Positions 59,548 to 62,754 of a stretch of DNA of 62,754 nucleotides are shown in pieces (the stretch's first letter is position 1; the number at the start of each line of letters is the position of its first letter). The position numbers and the translations under genes are program-made. Origin of the DNA: Nemertoderma westbladi (Eukaryota; Animalia; Xenacoelomorpha); assembly GCA_032718475.1 (NCBI GenBank), contig JAUCBJ010005858.1:1-62754 (forward strand), written 5' to 3'. A model generated the notes under the pieces. It made no database searches. It was not told where the DNA came from and was given only the letters and a program-made list of their open reading frames with translations.

Positions 59548-62041
59548 CTGAAAAACGTAGATCAAATAGTTTATTAATAACTTACTGTGTGTATACTTTG
59601 AAAACTAACTGTGTGAACGGGAAAAAACGTATTGCTGCTTTAGTCATTCTAAATAAATACTATGTATATTAATTATATCAATTAAAATTAATTAATATAA
59701 TAATATACACCTGTGTAGTATGATGACCTTAAAGCCAGGTTCACATCCACAGCGTTGTGACAAAGCTGTATAGACTGAAATATCTCAATAATGAAAATAA
59801 CCGGTATTATCACCCATCGAGGCTGTTATTATTACAAAACACCCACAACAACATACATCATGTCCTGGAGCTGGAATATATCATTTAACCTCAAGTTCCA
59901 CGATCCCCCTCCCCAACTTTTTCTACAAATCGTAACAAGATTGCATGAAATTTCAGTCGAATTTATTTTCGCTTTCAACTAATATTTAGTTACAAGCGTT
60001 TGAAAAATATGTCTCTGTCTATATTTCACCAGTTACACCGCAGTTATTCTTCAACCTTAAATTTATTTTGTTTTTACCAAAAGTCATGCAGGGATTCCAA
60101 GTAGTGGCGCAATATGAATTTCGTTGAAAAATAGCTAAGATATGGGCGTTCGAAAATTAAGACTAAGTTGCTCCGAGTGGAGTTTAAGCGGGGTCGAATG
60201 AGGTCAAAGGGTCGAAATATAGTGAGTCAAGGGGTCGAAACTCCTTTTGGGTCGGACAAGCAATTCTGACTAACAATAATAAGGAAAGGAGCACGTTACA
60301 GAGGCGGCTTTTTCTAACCAACACAATAAACGATGTTGTTTAAGTGATGGAAAGGGGCATCGCACAGAGGCGAGTTTTTCTAACCAAAACAATAAACGAT
60401 GTTGTTACCAATTGATGGAAATGAGTATAATATTAAAATGAAGTATACCATTTCGACTCTTTCGAACCTTTGACAAGAAACGGCCTTAAGACAGTATATT
60501 ACAGGACATGGTGTATTTTTTTGTGGGGAGGGGGGGGGGGGTGTCATAACACTTTAATGAAGGAAGACCCTACATTCCAGAACATGGTGTCGGTAGATCC
60601 ATTCTTGTGCAGTACTGTTGCTAAGTGGTGATTTACTCATAAATTATTATGGTGAGGGGTAAACACTAATACATTATTCTTATTGTAGTAATATGTTCAT
60701 AAAACTATCGATGTGCCTCCGGTAAGATGCCATATTGTAATACAATTTACACCTGAAGGACATAAATCGTAGATGAAGTAGTTAGCTATTATTTTATTTG
60801 TTGTTGTTTAAATTCAAAAATGTTACATACTGATATAGTATACATACACTACACAGTGTATTTATTATATTACATATATTATATTAATTAATTATATTTT
60901 AATCGAAACGAGAGCCATATCGTATACCGACGAACTGGTAGTAGTACCCAGCATCTGATCGTATGTAAGTTTTGGGTCTTATGTCAAGTAGGTCATGGGA
61001 ATACGAATACAAGAACGGAGAGCATTTGAAAATTTATCTGACAGGCGGAGGGGAGGATAAAATGTTTTTTTTTCATAATAGTACACTACACCAAAGACTC
61101 CGCTCATTACATGACTCGCCCCATTGGCAGTATGCCTTCCAGCTAAGATCAGATCAGGATCTCAGATCATGTTAGCGTGCTGTTAGGTTACAAGGTTAGC
61201 ACAACTCGTAAAAAAGGTAAATAAATATAAACCAAGGAAAATTTATCATTAGAGCAAAAATAAAAATTCCGCAAAGAATAAAGACTAAACAAACTAACAT
61301 AAAAACCAAATTCACATATGTTTTCAATTGTGCGCCTTTTTGCATGGCTGATACCGAACTGACACGCGATTTCATTATTTATAATTTCTATTAATTATGT
61401 CCTACTAAGTCAAATTCCAACAAATTGACTTTTCTATGACAAATTTGTGAAAATCCACTAAAAATATTAATTTATATCTTTTCTCTTTACCCATAAAAAA
61501 TAAGAATTCTGGCTGATGGGTAGGTACAGTAGTACAGGTAGGTAGGTAGATTGGTTTCTTTTTGTTTTGGGGGTTAGAGTTTTGTTTTTGGTCGTATGAC
61601 TTTGATTTAATAGGGTTAGGGCCACTACTCTTGTAACCTGTGAGGCCCATGACTGCAGGAAGAAAGGTAAATTGTTAGCATTCAGTTTCTGAGCCTGCTG
61701 AAGCCTGGAGGGGGAGGCCCCCAGGGAATAAGAAAATAAGTCTTCGTACTGGAGATAAACATGCAGAGCTGAAACAGATAACTGCCAGTGACATCTTATA
61801 ATACAACGTGGTTAGATTAGAAAAACTAACAATCAGAATACCCAAGGAGAGACCAGCATAAAAAAATAAAACTTGCACAAAAATATTCTACACCACAATC
61901 GAGCAAATAAGATACTCCTCAACATCAAACGAATTCACGTAGTTTTATAAAGTTGTGAAGTTTTAGGCTATACAGTAACATTATGTATAACCGGACAATC
62001 CTATAGTAGTCGAGTTGATAAATCGAAATGAATAATAAACG

Positions 62042-62626
62042 TCATCTAATATAAACGTTAGTGTTTTTAAAGCTAGTTTTATCTTTAAGGCTACTCTCAT
62101 GCGCTTTATATTCTAAAACGGTTTGGGCGGGAAGGTTTAACACTCGTCGCAAAGTATCCCGAATCCGATTAACTAACACCTGTTCGGACGCTGTTCTGTT
62201 CCACAACGATATGATATCCTCGTGCGTCCGAATCGACACAACCGCCCCGCACACCTCCTCCCCCACCATAAACTGCTCTCCTAGCATAGCGAGAAGTAGG
62301 TTCTCCCAGACGCGATTGGTGACCCCCTTGTGCAACCGGATTATCCACTTGCCCCCTAACCTATTGGCCTCGTCTTCCCATATCGGTTTAATCCCCCATT
62401 TAAAGACGTGGTAGTCTATGTTAGCTCCAAACTCGGTGGGTTGTTTCAGGTGCGTGTAGTAGTTCCAGAACTGTTCCACCGAGGAGAACGTTCCCACCGG
62501 TTGTATTGACTCCTCGTAGTTCTGTTTGTTGTCTTTAGATTTCATGGTGAACCACAGCGTGTAGGGGAACTCCAACGGGTGTTCCGAGTCCGGAACCCCG
62601 GGCTTCTCGCCAATCCCAGCATCCAT
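62042..62626 (-). CDS. EIF4E2: Class II eIF4E (4EHP), intronless
   Basis: 194 aa. HPLEFPYTLWF and QNYEESI carry Tyr at the class I Trp positions. Also SVEQFW, GIKPIWED, WENLLLAMLGEQFMVGEEVCGAVVS, RIRDTLRRVLNLP. Confidence 0.95.
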   Translation of the reverse strand: MDAGIGEKPGVPDSEHPLEFPYTLWFTMKSKDNKQNYEESIQPVGTFSSVEQFWNYYTHLKQPTEFGANIDYHVFKWGIKPIWEDEANRLGGKWIIRLHKGVTNRVWENLLLAMLGEQFMVGEEVCGAVVSIRTHEDIISLWNRTASEQVLVNRIRDTLRRVLNLPAQTVLEYKAHESSLKDKTSFKNTNVYIR

Positions 62627-62754
62627 TCCAATACCTGAATACTGGAATACGGCAATACTGCAATATCACGACAGTCTGGCAGTAGAATAGTTGTAGAAGG
62701 TACCGGTAGCACTGTGTCGTGTCAATAATAATTAGGCCCTACAGCCCTAAGTCT

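Overview
AT-rich, repeat-rich genomic DNA from an invertebrate animal; I cannot assign the species. A plus-strand SESTD1-like gene (Sec14 + spectrin repeats) has at least 14 coding exons that I spliced in phase by hand (16973-51689; last exon not found). Its introns hold an antisense intronless TMEM38/TRIC gene, an RTE LINE inside a MITE, SINEs, a duplicated CR1/L2-type LINE remnant, and a young 15.8-kb BEL/Pao LTR retrotransposon (32184-47941, minus strand, 1198-bp LTRs, TSD TCTAG). The other genes are almost all intronless: GCNT-like GT14 (-), SLC49A4/DIRC2-like MFS transporter (+, one intron, one in-frame TGA), an ADP-ribosylglycohydrolase (-, C-terminus replaced by an RTE insertion), ANKS3-like (-), GGCX (+) and eIF4E2/4EHP (-). 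Best candidate for a new system: the BEL/Pao element has no tRNA-type primer-binding site. The 12 nt next to its 5' LTR are instead perfectly complementary to a segment of its own LTR, with a further imperfect R-U5 pairing, which suggests Tf1-like self-priming. All calls come from manual reading and recalled family motifs; no database search was run.
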